Shown piece by piece: positions 28,767 to 32,000 of a stretch of DNA of 32,000 bases. Under the pieces are notes generated by a model, which saw only the letters and a list, made by a program, of their open reading frames with translations, did no database searches and was not told where the DNA came from. The stretch covers positions 584,499 to 616,498 of the forward strand of contig JAWAHN010000001.1 in assembly GCA_038889235.1 (NCBI GenBank). The letters are read 5' to 3'. The DNA is from Candidatus Jordarchaeales archaeon. Lineage in GTDB: Archaea > Asgardarchaeota > Jordiarchaeia > Jordiarchaeales > Freyrarchaeaceae. Numbering within the stretch: position 1 is the stretch's first letter; each line of letters opens with the position of its first letter. The translations under genes and the position numbers were made by a program.

Positions 28767-28776
28767 ACTAAGCGGC

Positions 28777-30369
28777 CTACAGTTTCTTGGAAACATAAAC
28801 CCCCTCTTTTTCATATCCATGTCTGTAGTAATATTCTTTCACACCTAAACCCGAGAGCACTAATATTTTCTTTGCGTCACATTCTTCTCTAGCTATTCTT
28901 TCAGCATTTGCTAGAAGTTGTTCTCCGTAGCTCTTATGTTGCCAGGCATCTTTAAGTCTCTCACCTAAGGGGACAAGCGGACCGTAAACACGGAGTTCTC
29001 TAACTATCACTGAAGGCTGACTGGAGACTTCGGGTCTGTGAGCCTTCTCTGAGGGAACCCTCATCCTTATGAAACCAATAAGGGCCCGTCGATCTTCTGT
29101 CTCGTACGAAATAAAGTACTCTTCTCCTTCGGAGGCCTCGTACTTTTCAACGTGGAGCTTTATTTCGTCAGGTGACGGTGGAAGGCCGCCTCTGCGTAGG
29201 TAGCGCCCTATCTCTCTGCAGCGTATGCATCTGCAGCGGAGGCCCTCAGACTCGAGTTTACGTAACACGAGCTCCCTCAGATTACTCTTTTTGACGCCAG
29301 CGATAATTAGCCTGGCGGGTATATCCCTTTGTACTCTCTGGATTCTAATCCAGTAGGGCATCATTTTCTTTGCTTGAGCAATTATGTCGATAATTGTATC
29401 CAGCGGGTATGGCTGGTACTCGCCCCTCTTATACATCTCATAGAGCCTCGTGCCTTCTAGAACGAGGCACGGGTAAATCTTCAGACTGTCAGGCTTAAAC
29501 TTAGGGTCAAAGAACAAAGTCCTGAAGACTTCAACGTCGCGTTCCGGTGTAGATCCAGGCAGGTTTGGCATAACGTGAGCTGTAACCTTTAGCCCCGCAT
29601 CTTTCGCTATTCTGAACGCTTCAACGACATCTTCTACGCTGTGACCTCTTCGAATCAGGGAATAAATTTCTTCATAAACCGTCTGGACGCCTAGTTCAAC
29701 TTTTGTTGCTCCAAGATGCAGCATCCTATCGACGTGGTACTCCTTGCAGTAGTCGGGTCTTGTCTCTATCGTTATACCTACGTTTCTAATTTTAGACCTC
29801 TCTGAGAGCTCTTTAGCTTCATCTAAACTCTTCGAGGGGATTCCGGTAATTGCATCCAGGCACCGTTTCACAAAGAAGTCTTGGTAATCCTCGGGGAACG
29901 CTAAGAAAGTGCCTCCCATTATTACGAGCTTCACTTTACCTCCATCAACCGAGTGGCCCATCCTCTTATACTGTTCCAAACGGGACTTGACTTGCAGGAA
30001 AGGATCATAGTTGTTCTCTATAGCGCGTAGCGTGGCTGGCTCATGTCCGGTGTATGACTTAGGTGAGGTGACGCCACCGGGACAGTATATGCAATTTCCA
30101 GGGCAAGGGTGCGGAGGGGTCATCACTGCTACAATTAGGATTCCTGAAAGGGACCTTGTGGTTTTCCTGCGCAGAATTTGGACGACTTTTTCTTTTTCAT
30201 CTGGTGAGGCGTAACTCATGAGTTTTATATTGCTGGGGACCGCTTTCAACTTGTAGCGAGAACAGACGAAACGCTTAGCTTCCTCGGGGCGCCAACCCTC
30301 AAGGATGAGTTTGATAATCTCCTTGCACGCTTTCTCCTCTAGCGTGGCCTCCTGACCTGCAATGTACAT
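28777..30369 (-). CDS. elp3: tRNA U34 carboxymethyltransferase Elp3 (radical SAM plus KAT)
   Basis: RSLSG...VAVM, C..C.YCPGG, SYTG.EPA, MGGTF, ETRPD, ELGVQ, KIYPC, RIQRVQRDIP, CRCIRCRE, RELRVYG, QH..YG..L, SGLGVKEYY. Confidence 0.96.
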   Translation of the reverse strand: MYIAGQEATLEEKACKEIIKLILEGWRPEEAKRFVCSRYKLKAVPSNIKLMSYASPDEKEKVVQILRRKTTRSLSGILIVAVMTPPHPCPGNCIYCPGGVTSPKSYTGHEPATLRAIENNYDPFLQVKSRLEQYKRMGHSVDGGKVKLVIMGGTFLAFPEDYQDFFVKRCLDAITGIPSKSLDEAKELSERSKIRNVGITIETRPDYCKEYHVDRMLHLGATKVELGVQTVYEEIYSLIRRGHSVEDVVEAFRIAKDAGLKVTAHVMPNLPGSTPERDVEVFRTLFFDPKFKPDSLKIYPCLVLEGTRLYEMYKRGEYQPYPLDTIIDIIAQAKKMMPYWIRIQRVQRDIPARLIIAGVKKSNLRELVLRKLESEGLRCRCIRCREIGRYLRRGGLPPSPDEIKLHVEKYEASEGEEYFISYETEDRRALIGFIRMRVPSEKAHRPEVSSQPSVIVRELRVYGPLVPLGERLKDAWQHKSYGEQLLANAERIAREECDAKKILVLSGLGVKEYYYRHGYEKEGVYVSKKL

Positions 30370-30488
30370 TTCTAGTTCACCTTCTTTCTCAAGAGTTCTT
30401 GTTACCCAAGAGAATAAATAAAAAAATTTTGAGAGTTTAACAAAACCTGTAAAGAGTGTGAAGAACGGCCCATATGTAGAGGTGGATT

Positions 30489-32000
30489 TTGTTGAAGACC
30501 GGTGAAAGTGAAATAGACTGGAAGGCTGTTGGCTTTACGGCTGGTCTAGAAGTTCACCAGGAATTGCTCACGCCGCGCAAGCTTTTCTGTCGCTGTTCCC
30601 CTAAACTTAGGAATGACCCGCCTCACTTTACAATTAAAAGATTTTTCCGCCCCGTTCTCGGGGAAATGGGGGAGTACGATCCCGCTATGCTGGCAGAGTA
30701 TGAAAAAGGTAAAGTCGTCATTTATGAAGGATACTATGATACTACTTGCACGTATGAGTTGGACGAAATGCGCACGCGGTAGCGCGTGTGCACGCTAAAC
30801 GCCTCCGTTTGAAATTTCACAGGAAGCGCTGGAAATAGGGTTGGAGATAGCGCTGCTCCTGAAAGCTAGAATTATCGTTGACGAACTTCATGTCTGCCGT
30901 AAAATGTACCTTGATGGCTCTGTTCCATGCGGCTTTCAGCGCACGCTCATAATAGGTATGAATGGAAGTATACCAATAAATGGAAAGGAGATCCCCATCG
31001 AGACAATTTGCATAGAAGAGGACGCTGCGCGCAAAGTTAAGGAGGAAAAGAATACTGTATATTACCGGCTTGACAGGCTCGGCATACCTTTAGTGGAAAT
31101 AGTGACTGCGCCTTGCATAGAAAGCCCGGAGGAGCTCGTCGAAACAGCGTTCAGGATAGGGCTCCTTCTTAGGAGTACAGGGAAGGTTAAGCGCGGGATT
31201 GGAACTATAAGACAGGACATAAATGTGAGTATAAAGGGAGGGGCGCGGGTCGAAATAAAGGGTGTCCAGAAACTTGAGTGGCTTCCTAAGCTAGCTAGAA
31301 ACGAGGTCATACGACAGCTTTCCTTGTTGAGGATAAAGGAGGAGCTTACACGCAGGGGGGTTAGGGAAGAGGACTTGAAGCTGGATGTCAAGGATGTAAC
31401 GGAGATTTTCAAAAATACGCAGAGCAAGATACTTAAACCGAGAGGTGGCGAAAGAGTTTTGGCTGTACGTCTCCCTAAGTTTTCAGGAATACTTGGAGTT
31501 GAGGTGCAGCCGGGTAAACGCTTTGGTAAAGAAATCGCCGAAAAAGTGCATGCGTACACGGGTCTTGCAGGCATAATACATTCAGATGAGGACCTTAAAG
31601 AGTATGGCATTAGCGACGACGAAAGAAGAGAGCTTTGCCGGGTGCTGAGCATTGAAAGTGACGACGCCTTTGTCATAGTGAAGGCACCTCGAGACATCGG
31701 AGAAAAGGCCTTGGAAATTGTCGTTAATAGAGCTAAGCAAGCTCTAAAGGGAGTGCCAAACGAAACTAGGCGTGCTTTGGAGAACGGGAACAGTGAGTTC
31801 CTACGAGAGCTTCACGGAGGGGCACGTCTATACCCCGATACCGACACGCCTCCTATAAAAATCGGTCGAGAGCTTAAAGAAAGGGTCGCCAGCAGGCTTC
31901 CAACGCCGCCATGGAATCTCAAGGAGGAACTTGTAAGAAAATACAAGATAAGTGATAGGTTTGCTGATGAACTTATACTCGAAGGTAAGGTATTCCTTTT
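30489..32000 (+). CDS. gatE: Glu-tRNA(Gln) amidotransferase subunit E, two exons (30489-30767 and 30799 to beyond the window end)
   Basis: Exon 1: GLEVHQEL..RKLFC.C, RP..GE.GE.DP, ending ...TCTYELDE. Exon 2, read by hand from 30799 with no stop to 32000: TPPFEISQEALEI...DGS..GFQRT, EED, RLDRLGIPLVEI, KRGIGTIRQD.N.SI.GG.RVEIKGVQ, QPG.RFG.E, HSDE. Confidence 0.93.
30768..30798 (+). other. Candidate 31-nt bulge-helix-bulge (BHB) intron in gatE mRNA
   Basis: AAA bulge (30766-68), 10-bp stem UGCGCACGCG/CGCGUGUGCA with GUAG loop, central 4-bp GACG/CGCU (one A.C mismatch), AAA bulge (30797-99). Removal gives GAC GAA ACG CCT CCG = D-E-T-P-P. Confidence 0.8.

Noticed and set aside
30489-30782. gatE as a truncated 97-aa pseudogene
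   Set aside because: The downstream frame is intact for more than 400 codons with all motifs, the junction is restored precisely by BHB-type excision, and GatDE is normally essential in archaea.
30765-30801. Ribosomal frameshifting or T4 gene 60-style bypass as the gatE rescue mechanism
   Set aside because: The exon-2 frame is closed by TAA at 30796-98, so a +1 shift would terminate. A hop from GAA (30765-67) would have to land on TAA, which is not a matching codon.
31062-31697. 211-aa - strand ORF
   Set aside because: Antisense shadow of gatE exon 2.

Overview
Archaeal core-genome window with about 39 tightly packed, mostly Shine-Dalgarno-led genes and frequent TTG/GTG starts. The gene content looks like a TACK- or Asgard-type archaeon, but the taxon cannot be fixed from this window. 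From left to right it holds: NTPase, PD-(D/E)XK nuclease, DegT aminotransferase, RimI-type GNAT, SufC/SufB (minimal SUF), archaeosine TGT, UDP-glucose dehydrogenase, an orphan longin/uDENN-like protein, APC permease, tandem USP, L37e-Lsm, MoaE, metallophosphoesterase, aIF5A-Nob1-NSUN6-like, PAC2-Hsp20, Dph6-GatCAB, the S13-S4-S11-RpoD-L18e-L13-S9-RpoN-S2-mvk-ipk-fni-L7Ae superoperon, Elp3 and GatE (runs off the end). I saw no tRNA, rRNA, CRISPR array or transposase. The main observation is that gatE, normally essential in archaea, is split inside its conserved DExPP motif by a 31-nt insertion. This insertion folds as a bulge-helix-bulge (BHB)-like structure, and cutting at the canonical BHB positions restores the frame exactly, making it a candidate tRNA-endonuclease-spliced mRNA intron. 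Other notable items are a +1 frameshift in mvk at UUU-CGG-UGA, the stand-alone longin-like gene beside an amino-acid permease, and a canonical K-turn over the L7Ae ribosome-binding site.
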